Assembly (NCBI GenBank): GCA_002773855.1 | Contig: PEZY01000005.1 | Location: 8,237 to 72,236 of the forward strand | DNA from: Candidatus Buchananbacteria bacterium CG10_big_fil_rev_8_21_14_0_10_33_19 | Lineage (GTDB): Bacteria; Patescibacteriota; Patescibacteriia; 2-01-FULL-39-33 | DNA length: 64,000 nt | Direction: 5' to 3' | Part shown: in pieces, positions 56,802 to 64,000 of the stretch | Position numbering within the stretch: position 1 is the stretch's first letter | How the letters are laid out: every line of letters starts with the position of its first letter | Translations under genes and position numbers: made by a program | The notes under the pieces: model-generated | What the model saw: the letters and a program-made list of their open reading frames with translations, nothing else | Database searches by the model: none | What the model was told of the DNA's origin: nothing

Positions 56802-58892
56802 TTACCTATACTGCCAAACCAAATTCTGACCAAAAATATTTGGTTTACCCAGCAGGTTACTAATATAGTTTAATTTTGAATTATTTAAAGAATTATAATC
56901 AATAACTATAAAACAAGACTTAGTCCTAGTAATATCTAAAGCTTCATCTATCAAACTTAATGACGGATTGCCTATAAATCTTTTTAGAATATCTACTCTC
57001 TGATCTTGATTGTAATTAAAATCACTGGGGAAATTACCAGCCACTACCTCTTTAGCTGAATAAGACTCTAAAGCCAAGAGTGACCAAGTATTAGCTAAAA
57101 CACAATAATTACTTGGCTGATCGTTACCTATTTGATCCCAGATATATTTCATCGATGCTGTATCATATTCTGTCACTGCTGCCTCTAATACTGGTCCTGA
57201 AGCATAAGTTAAAATACCTATAAAACTCATAGCAACAATAATCAAAACCGCATACAGGCGATTATTAGAGAAAATATAAACCCAATAAGCTAGTACATAA
57301 ATCAACAATAAAACAATAAATATACTCATGCGCCTAGCCAAAGAATGAAGGCCATCCAAAAATAACCAAGAACTTAAATAATTTATAAAAAATATAAAAA
57401 TCAGGCTGATTAAATAAACGTTAGTCTTTATTCTTTCTCTTAAAATCTTAAAGCCAACATAACAACAAATAAAAACAAAAATTAAACTAACCATTAGTGA
57501 CAATATATACCAATATTTTATTTCTAGTGGCAAAAAACTACCTTTATCAAAAAATAAAAAATTACCCTTTATAAAAACCTCCCTTAAAATCTCACCTATG
57601 TGAAAATTTCTTTTGAAAGTAGAAAAACCAGATAACACCTCTCCTAAAAATATCGTAAAACTCAAAATAAAAAAAACTAAGTATTTTTTAATAGGGCTCA
57701 AATTAAAAGCTAATAGCCACAAAAAAGCAATAAGCAACATTGCAAATGATAAAGAGTAACCAAAATAAGAAAGAGCTGTTAAAAAAACTATAAAAGCTAA
57801 CACTAATTTTTCTCTACTTTTAAAGTAAGACAAATAACAACTGACTAAAAATAAAAAATATAAGGCCGAAAAACTAATAGGCAGAGTTTGCGACCCATAA
57901 TATTGCAAAAGATAAAAAACCAAAGTTAAAGCAGACACTAAAAGGCCAAATTTTCTTTTATTTTTAAATTGAAAAGCTAAAGAAAAACTAATTAGTGGTA
58001 AAAATAACGACCATAAAACTATAATAAAATATTTATCTAAACTAAAAATATCTATCTTAAAAACCTTAGACACAATAGATACTAAAGACCATTGAAAACC
58101 ATAAGATATCTTAGGACCAGCTATTAAAGCTCTGGGGATATTAAGACCAAAGATATTTTGATACCAAATATTATCTGACAATAATGTCGGTTGATAGTCT
58201 ATACCAGCTAGTATCCTGTTTTCTGAACCAATATGTCGCCACCTATCACCACCAAAACCCTCTGAATAAGTCAATAAGTAAGTATGCATCAAAAACGAAG
58301 TGGCAATAATTGCAACCATAATCAACCAAACTTTTTGTTTGGAAAAAACCAAAGAAAAAACTATAATTAACAATAAAAACACCACTACCAAATATTCTAG
58401 GGGCAAAATTTGCCAAGGACTAGTCAAATAGCTACCAGTCTTATAGGAAACCACAATCGCCAACCCAAGTATCACTAATAACGCAAATACTATAAAAACT
58501 AAATTACTAATTTTCCATAGACCATCATTATTGCCTAAATAAATTTTATGACCGGGCTCAATATTATTAAAAAAATATGACCAACAAAATAAAATTAGAC
58601 TAGTAATACCCAAAGCTAATGATAGTGTAAAATTATTAAAGATAAACCAACTGGTAAAAATATTAACTATAAAGCCAAGAAAAAAAATATTAAAAAAAAC
58701 ACCTAATAATTTTATATATAAATTAGGTAATGGGAAAATTTTAGACAATATTACATTTGAAAAAACACTTAAAGAAACAAACCAAGTAAAAAATAAAGTA
58801 ACGATGAATATTGACATCCAGCCTATTTGTAATCCAAAATATATAGCGATGACTGAAAATAAATTTAAACTCAAGATAATTAAATTAATCAT
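56802..58892 (-). CDS. Large polytopic membrane protein (~15 TM helices) with a C-terminal soluble domain; possibly a GT-C-type glycosyltransferase
   Basis: Hydrophobicity pattern only; no diagnostic motif recognised. Confidence 0.3.
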   Translation of the reverse strand: MINLIILSLNLFSVIAIYFGLQIGWMSIFIVTLFFTWFVSLSVFSNVILSKIFPLPNLYIKLLGVFFNIFFLGFIVNIFTSWFIFNNFTLSLALGITSLILFCWSYFFNNIEPGHKIYLGNNDGLWKISNLVFIVFALLVILGLAIVVSYKTGSYLTSPWQILPLEYLVVVFLLLIIVFSLVFSKQKVWLIMVAIIATSFLMHTYLLTYSEGFGGDRWRHIGSENRILAGIDYQPTLLSDNIWYQNIFGLNIPRALIAGPKISYGFQWSLVSIVSKVFKIDIFSLDKYFIIVLWSLFLPLISFSLAFQFKNKRKFGLLVSALTLVFYLLQYYGSQTLPISFSALYFLFLVSCYLSYFKSREKLVLAFIVFLTALSYFGYSLSFAMLLIAFLWLLAFNLSPIKKYLVFFILSFTIFLGEVLSGFSTFKRNFHIGEILREVFIKGNFLFFDKGSFLPLEIKYWYILSLMVSLIFVFICCYVGFKILRERIKTNVYLISLIFIFFINYLSSWLFLDGLHSLARRMSIFIVLLLIYVLAYWVYIFSNNRLYAVLIIVAMSFIGILTYASGPVLEAAVTEYDTASMKYIWDQIGNDQPSNYCVLANTWSLLALESYSAKEVVAGNFPSDFNYNQDQRVDILKRFIGNPSLSLIDEALDITRTKSCFIVIDYNSLNNSKLNYISNLLGKPNIFGQNLVWQYR

Positions 58893-58895
58893 AAT

Positions 58896-59756
58896 TTAAA
58901 TACTAAATAAATTTTTGGCATTATCTGTAGTTATAATAGCCACTTCATCAAAAGTTATTTTTTTTAATTCAGCTACTTTTTGAGCTACAAATTTAACATA
59001 ATATGGCTCATTTCTCTGTCCTCTATGCGGTTCTGGCGTTAAAAATGGTGAATCGGTTTCAATTAATATTTTATCAAGTGGCACGGCTCTAACTACTTCC
59101 TGAACATCTTCGGACTTTTTCTTAAAAGTAATTATCCCAGTAAACCCAACATAAAATCCTAGATTTACAAATTTACTAGCTTGATTTAAATTACCGCCAA
59201 AACAATGTATTACACCATGATGATGTCTGGTATCACTTAAAATTTCCAACATATCATCATAAGCGCCATATGGATCATCTTTGTGTCCTCGACAATGCAT
59301 AACCAGCGGTAAATTTAATTCTTGAGATAACTTTATAAATTTTTTAAAAACTTCTTTTTGTAAGTTTTTCTTACTAAGTGAATCACTATCATTATCATTG
59401 AAATAAAAGTAATCCAAACCAACTTCTCCCAATCCAACCACTTTATCCGATGACTTAGCTAAATCTCTATATTTATTATAATCAAATTCTTCTTTCGGAG
59501 TTACCACTTCTGTTTTTTGACCATCTACAATAACACTTTCAACTACATCATCTACTACATGAATCGGATGAAGTCCAACTACTGCATAGACACCACGTCC
59601 ATAGTCTCTAGTCAATTCAATTGTTTTGCTGGAAGTTTTAAAATCTGAACCAATATTTATCAACCAAGTATTGTTTACTAAACAATGGTCAATAACACTC
59701 TTAAAATCTTTTCTATAAACATCAAAATTTACATGAGAATGTGAATCTATTAACAT
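58896..59756 (-). CDS. tatD: TatD-family metal-dependent hydrolase (DNase)
   Basis: MLIDSHSHVNF and the conserved His/Asp/Glu blocks (GEVGLDY, VMHCRG, IETDSP). Confidence 0.8.
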   Translation of the reverse strand: MLIDSHSHVNFDVYRKDFKSVIDHCLVNNTWLINIGSDFKTSSKTIELTRDYGRGVYAVVGLHPIHVVDDVVESVIVDGQKTEVVTPKEEFDYNKYRDLAKSSDKVVGLGEVGLDYFYFNDNDSDSLSKKNLQKEVFKKFIKLSQELNLPLVMHCRGHKDDPYGAYDDMLEILSDTRHHHGVIHCFGGNLNQASKFVNLGFYVGFTGIITFKKKSEDVQEVVRAVPLDKILIETDSPFLTPEPHRGQRNEPYYVKFVAQKVAELKKITFDEVAIITTDNAKNLFSI

Positions 59757-59757
59757 A

Positions 59758-60249
59758 TTAAGATATAAAATTACTCAATAATTGCGTCACTAGCACCAAT
59801 AAATGAGCTACTTTAGAATCATTTAATGAATTAACCAGCCAAGGGACACTAGTAATAAATTTAGCCATAATAAAAACGGTCATACCAGTGATAATAATCC
59901 CCTCGAAAAACCCCAAGATAGCGCCACCAAAACGATTTATTGATTTAAAAAACGGTATAATTGATATTAAATTAAAAGCTTTATTCACAAACCAAAATAT
60001 TAAAGCTATTAGTCTATTAACCACTAAAAATATAGCCATAAAAGTTATTGTCTTAGCTATTCCCTCATGACCCAATAAATAAGGGTTTATAAATCCAGAA
60101 AGTGTAAGAAAATAACTACTCGCCACCCAAGTTCCAATAATAATACCAACCAACGAACCAATAACTGCTATCAAACCCATAATAAAACCAAGCATCACAA
60201 AACCAGCAACTAACACAACCAAAATTACATCTACTAAAGTGAAAAGCAT
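59758..60249 (-). CDS. cvpA: CvpA-family membrane protein
   Basis: Four TM helices. The N-terminus LVDVILVVLVAGFVMLGFIMGLI is typical of CvpA. Confidence 0.55.
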   Translation of the reverse strand: MLFTLVDVILVVLVAGFVMLGFIMGLIAVIGSLVGIIIGTWVASSYFLTLSGFINPYLLGHEGIAKTITFMAIFLVVNRLIALIFWFVNKAFNLISIIPFFKSINRFGGAILGFFEGIIITGMTVFIMAKFITSVPWLVNSLNDSKVAHLLVLVTQLLSNFIS

Positions 60250-60296
60250 GAATTCAACTTAAATATTTTAGATTAATAATAATCTTAATAAAAAAA

Positions 60297-61823
60297 TTAT
60301 TTTTCTAGTCTGGGAAATAATGGTTGAGGCTTTTCAACTTTTTGACCCGACTCTAATCCGCCCCAATCCACTAATTCTTTAAATGATTTATTTTTCCAAT
60401 CAGCTTGATTTAAATATCCAAAAATCTTTTCTGAAACTTCAGGCATAACTGGATAAACCATCAAGGCTAAATGTCTTACACTCTCTAGTAAATTATATAA
60501 TACTTTATTTAATTGATCTTTGTCTTCTTTGGCTAACTGCCAAGGCTTTTGCCTTTCGACATAACCATCAGCGAAGGAATTTAATTTCCTAATAATTTCT
60601 ATAACGTCATCTATTTGAAATCTTTTCATAGCATCTTCATATTGATGCCAAATACCAGCTACTTCATCAGAAAATTCAAAATCTTTTACTGGCACAATGC
60701 TATCTAAATATTTTTCCACCATAGACAGTACTCTTGATGTTAAATTACCTATACCATTAGCCAAATCTGAATTATACTGAATAACAAAATTTCCAGCCTT
60801 AACATCACCGTCAGCTCCAAATGGAAATTGAGAAAGCAACAAATACCTAACTGCGTCAGAACCAAATTCATCTACCAAAACATCTGGATCAATCACATTA
60901 CCCAAACTCTTGCTCATTTTTTCACCATCAATAGTAAAGAATCCATGAGCAAAAACTACTTCTGGCAATGGCAAACCAGCGGCTAGTAGCATAGCCGGCC
61001 AGTACAGTGCATGAAATTTAATAATATCTTTGGCCATCAAATGAATATTAGCTGGCCAAAATTTATTAAAGGTCTTGTCATCACTACCGTAGCCAATACC
61101 AGTAATATAATTCTGCAGTGCCTCTACCCATACATAAGTAACTTGATTTTCACTGAAAGGTATTTTAATCCCCCATTTTACACTTTCACGAGAAATAGAA
61201 AAATCATCCATCCCCTGTTTAATCAAACCCAAAACTTCATTTTTTTTGTTTTCTGGTAAAATTTTTAACTCGCCATTATTTATTAATTCGGCGATTTTGG
61301 GTAAATAATCACTTAACTTAAAAAAATAATTTTTTTCTTTTAGAACTTCCGGCTCTTTTTTGTGGTCTGGACACAAGCCGTTAACTAATTCTTTTTCGGT
61401 AATAAATTTTTCACAACCAGTGCAATATAAACCACTATAATCACCTTCGTATACCGCTCCCACCTCTTTTAATTTTGTTAAAAATTTTTCTACACCGGCT
61501 TTATGTTGATCTGACGTAGTTCTAATAAAATGATCATTGGATATATTCAATCTATCCCAAATCAACTGAAACTTAGCAGAATTTTCATCACAAAAATCTT
61601 GAGGTAGCTTTCCAGCTTGTTCAGCACTAGCAGCCACTTTAGCTCCATGTTCATCAGTGCCAGTTAAAAAAAATACTTCCTCACCTTTCAATCTATGAAA
61701 TCTAGCCAAAACATCGGCCGCTATGGTTGTATAAGCGTGGCCAATATGTGGTTTATCATTTACATAATAGATTGGCGTTGTAATATAAAATTTGTTCATA
61801 TATAATTTTAGTTTATTTGCCAC
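60297..61823 (-). CDS. metG: Methionine--tRNA ligase (short form)
   Basis: HIGH motif (PHIGHAYT), zinc knuckle CTGCEKF...CPDH, and KMSKS. Confidence 0.95.
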   Translation of the reverse strand: MANKLKLYMNKFYITTPIYYVNDKPHIGHAYTTIAADVLARFHRLKGEEVFFLTGTDEHGAKVAASAEQAGKLPQDFCDENSAKFQLIWDRLNISNDHFIRTTSDQHKAGVEKFLTKLKEVGAVYEGDYSGLYCTGCEKFITEKELVNGLCPDHKKEPEVLKEKNYFFKLSDYLPKIAELINNGELKILPENKKNEVLGLIKQGMDDFSISRESVKWGIKIPFSENQVTYVWVEALQNYITGIGYGSDDKTFNKFWPANIHLMAKDIIKFHALYWPAMLLAAGLPLPEVVFAHGFFTIDGEKMSKSLGNVIDPDVLVDEFGSDAVRYLLLSQFPFGADGDVKAGNFVIQYNSDLANGIGNLTSRVLSMVEKYLDSIVPVKDFEFSDEVAGIWHQYEDAMKRFQIDDVIEIIRKLNSFADGYVERQKPWQLAKEDKDQLNKVLYNLLESVRHLALMVYPVMPEVSEKIFGYLNQADWKNKSFKELVDWGGLESGQKVEKPQPLFPRLEK

Positions 61824-62499
61824 TGATCACTACTACAAATTCCCCCTTGGTATTATCTGCCTTAAGACTATTTAATACATTATCTATACTGCCTCTGTAT
61901 ATTGTTTCAAATTTTTTTGTTAATTCCCTGCAAACAACCACCATCCTGTTACCACTCAACAAACCATTAAGACTTTCTAAGGTTTTAATTATTCGATGAG
62001 TGGATTCATAAAAAACAATTGTCTCTGAACTGGCCTCTATTTTTTTGAACAATGTTTCTCTTCCCTTTTTATGTGGAATAAAACCCAAAAATAAAAATTT
62101 ATCAGTAGGCAATCCAGAAATAGACAGTGCGGAAATAACAGCTGACGCCCCAGGTATTGGTATTATCTGACAATCATCACCAATATTTTTAACCACATCA
62201 GACACTAATTTATTACCTGGATCGGATATACCTGGCGTCCCAGCATCTGTAATTAAAGCTAAATTCAATCCAGATTTCAATTTGTCTAAAAGTAAATTTA
62301 TTTTTTTATCATCACTATGCTGATGATACGATACTACTTTTGTGTCAATACTATAACAATCTAACAATTTCTTGGAATTTCTAGTATCTTCACAAAGAAT
62401 TAAATCCACCTGTTTCAATACCTCAATTGCTCTAAAGGTAATATCTGATAAATTCCCAATTGGCGTAGCCACTATATATAATTTACTCATATTATTCAT
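61813..62499 (-). CDS. rsmI: 16S rRNA (cytidine1402-2'-O)-methyltransferase RsmI
   Basis: LYIVATPIGNLSDITFRAIEVLKQVDLILCEDTRNS (tetrapyrrole-methylase fold). I prefer the ATG at 62499; the ORF track begins at a TTG at 62520. Confidence 0.8.
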   Translation of the reverse strand: MNNMSKLYIVATPIGNLSDITFRAIEVLKQVDLILCEDTRNSKKLLDCYSIDTKVVSYHQHSDDKKINLLLDKLKSGLNLALITDAGTPGISDPGNKLVSDVVKNIGDDCQIIPIPGASAVISALSISGLPTDKFLFLGFIPHKKGRETLFKKIEASSETIVFYESTHRIIKTLESLNGLLSGNRMVVVCRELTKKFETIYRGSIDNVLNSLKADNTKGEFVVVISGK

Positions 62500-62540
62500 A
62501 ATAATACCACTATTTATCAATTAAATCAACATTAAAACAT

Positions 62541-62573
62541 CAAAAAAGAGCGGTTTAAAACCGCCCTTTTTAT
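62541..62573 (-). terminator. Rho-independent terminator after the thioredoxin-like gene
   Basis: The minus strand reads gggcggttttaaaaccgctc followed by TTTTTT. Confidence 0.5.
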
Positions 62574-62583
62574 AAAAATCTAA

Positions 62584-63468
62584 TTATTGTACTGGTGTTT
62601 CATCAGTAGTTGGCGGTTGAACCTCTATTATCTTACCTGTTTCTAAATTCATATAACTACCCATTTCATCTAATTTAGTAAAAACATAAGTACCATCATC
62701 AGATATAGATCCAACTTGTGGCCAAATCTGCTGTAAACCAGTGTACTCAGACAAATCACCACTCAATAATATTGTTGGTGCGCTAGAGATATTGTATTGT
62801 TTAATTAAATCCTTACCTTCATCGGAACTAACATCCACTGATTTAGCATCTGTAGTGGCTAAGCCTAAATTACCCAAAGCAGTATCATGTAATTTAACAT
62901 CGTAACAACCACTGCAAGCCTCATCGGTTAAGTAAACTAATGAAAAATTACCACGCAAATTACCGGTTGACACCTCTATATATGGTGGGATTAATTTCCT
63001 AAACACAAAAACATTATCTATAACCTCACCCAAAGCAGACCAAGCCTGAGCCAATTGTGGATTTTTATCTAATTCTCCAGAGATTAAAACAGTTGGTACC
63101 TTTTCGATGCCATATTTATTAACCAAATCTTGACCTTGTTTGTCTTCAATATTAATAGTCTCAGTGCCTAATTCTTCAATACCATTTTGTTTTAGAGCGT
63201 CTAAAAATAAATTAATGTCAAAACACTTTCCCTCGCAATTCTTAGAAGTAACCACAGTGATCCTTAACTTAGGTGCATCTTGTGATGTTCCAGTATTATT
63301 AACTTCTGCACCAGACTTACCAGTTAATTTATCCTTAATTTTACCACCAAAAACGATTAATAAAACCACAATAATGATTACTAAAGCTCCACCCAGGCCA
63401 TAGGCCAAACCACGAATAAGATTCTCCTTCTTACCATCCTCTTCATTTTTCTTAAAAATTTTAAGCAT
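62584..63468 (-). CDS. Membrane-anchored protein with two tandem thioredoxin-fold domains (DsbA/Trx-like)
   Basis: N-terminal TM helix. Domain 1 has CEGKC ... KVPTVLISG; domain 2 has CSGC ... SAPTILLSG (Cys motif plus the cis-Pro-Thr loop typical of the Trx fold). Confidence 0.5.
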   Translation of the reverse strand: MLKIFKKNEEDGKKENLIRGLAYGLGGALVIIIVVLLIVFGGKIKDKLTGKSGAEVNNTGTSQDAPKLRITVVTSKNCEGKCFDINLFLDALKQNGIEELGTETINIEDKQGQDLVNKYGIEKVPTVLISGELDKNPQLAQAWSALGEVIDNVFVFRKLIPPYIEVSTGNLRGNFSLVYLTDEACSGCYDVKLHDTALGNLGLATTDAKSVDVSSDEGKDLIKQYNISSAPTILLSGDLSEYTGLQQIWPQVGSISDDGTYVFTKLDEMGSYMNLETGKIIEVQPPTTDETPVQ

Positions 63469-63544
63469 AATTTCTTAGTTATTTATCTCATTTAAATATA
63501 CATCATTTTACTACTATTATCAAAATAATGCAATTAAATATTAA

Positions 63545-64000
63545 TTAAAAAGTCAATATCTCTGGTCTGAATAACATTATTAAACCCAATAAAAGTAATA
63601 CTACTCCGCTAGCTAATTTAACGAATTTTAAATACTTATCAGAAACTTTCGTAATTCTAAGAGTAACAACAGCTACTAAAAAAATCAATAAATCATCTAA
63701 CATATAAAAGAATATATAGACTAGCAAATTTAAATAATATTGATAAGTTGGTAGGTTGTGGGTAGCGAGTATTTTAGTATAAGCCAATGGAAAACCCAAA
63801 GAGCAAAACAATTCAATCATATTAATACCCACAGCTATAACTGAAATCGCCAAAAGAACCAGAATAATCGGCATTTCCGATGATACTGTTTTGTTAGCTT
63901 TAGCGTATAAATATTTTTGAAAACGTGTTAATAAGCCATCGGCCTTATCATTTTTTACATTACACAACTTACAAATCACATCATTAAAATAATCTTTTAA
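63545..64000 (-). CDS. Polytopic membrane protein with a CxxC (CKLC) motif, partial; the 5' end lies beyond the window
   Basis: The ORF stays open to coordinate 64000. A CKLC motif is followed by three TM helices. It is adjacent to the Trx-like gene. Confidence 0.35.
   Translation of the reverse strand, partial: LKDYFNDVICKLCNVKNDKADGLLTRFQKYLYAKANKTVSSEMPIILVLLAISVIAVGINMIELFCSLGFPLAYTKILATHNLPTYQYYLNLLVYIFFYMLDDLLIFLVAVVTLRITKVSDKYLKFVKLASGVVLLLLGLIMLFRPEILTF

Noticed and set aside
1-64000. rRNA, tRNA, tmRNA or riboswitch genes
   Set aside because: No tRNA-like T-loop or acceptor patterns, and no rRNA-like conserved stretches, were seen by eye in any intergenic region. A proper tRNAscan or Infernal run could still find something small.

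Overview
This is a very AT-rich (~30% GC) bacterial chromosome segment, gene-dense and with a reduced gene set. That profile fits a Patescibacteria/CPR-type genome, but that is an inference, not a database hit. I found no rRNA, tRNA, CRISPR array, integrase or transposase by eye.

Gene content, in order:
- 1-2.3 kb, minus strand: the start of the division/cell-wall cluster, mraZ-rsmH-ftsL-ftsI, with ftsI running off the window start. Upstream of mraZ is a clear sigma70 promoter, two GTGGGG MraZ boxes, and a 12-bp inverted pair matching the DnaA-box consensus.
- 2.6-9.2 kb: a truncated TsaB, a wHTH protein, a 759-aa degenerate PP2C-like/beta-propeller protein, rplJ-rplL with its leader, an AMMECR1 protein and mltG.
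- 9.3-11.8 kb, plus strand: a three-gene accessory block. It encodes a Zn-ribbon metallophosphoesterase, a DUF4406/nucleoside-deoxyribosyltransferase-like protein and a CAP-domain secreted protein.
- 11.7-17.3 kb: uppP, a PAP2-like protein, mutM/fpg, secA and hpf.
- 17.4-25.4 kb, minus strand: the second half of the dcw cluster (mraY-murD-ftsW-murG-murC-murB), with an unusual hairpin-rich 300-bp gap between mraY and murD.
- 25.6-36.7 kb, plus strand: a cell-surface glycan island. It holds a Wzz-like protein, a Wzy/O-antigen-ligase-like protein, a GT4-methyltransferase fusion, a secreted FG-GAP repeat protein, a second GT4 and two tandem paralogous small membrane proteins. A ~48% GC, self-contained cassette sits inside it, encoding a lipoprotein with InlB-B-type repeats; it is probably horizontally acquired.
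- 36.8-44.8 kb: a type IV pilus locus with pilB, pilC, four pilin/minor-pilin genes including a large PilX-like protein, and pilMNO.
- 44.8-64 kb, mostly housekeeping: cysteine desulfurase, NifU-like, a C39-like lipoprotein carrying a (TN)11 hexanucleotide repeat, an orphan ClpP-family peptidase, rpmA, pyrG, rplI, ctpA, murA, a PEGA protein, a frameshifted dCMP deaminase, HIT, a large polytopic membrane protein, tatD, cvpA, metG and rsmI. The window ends with a membrane-anchored tandem thioredoxin-fold protein beside a partial CxxC membrane protein.

Many convergent gene pairs share strong bidirectional rho-independent terminators.
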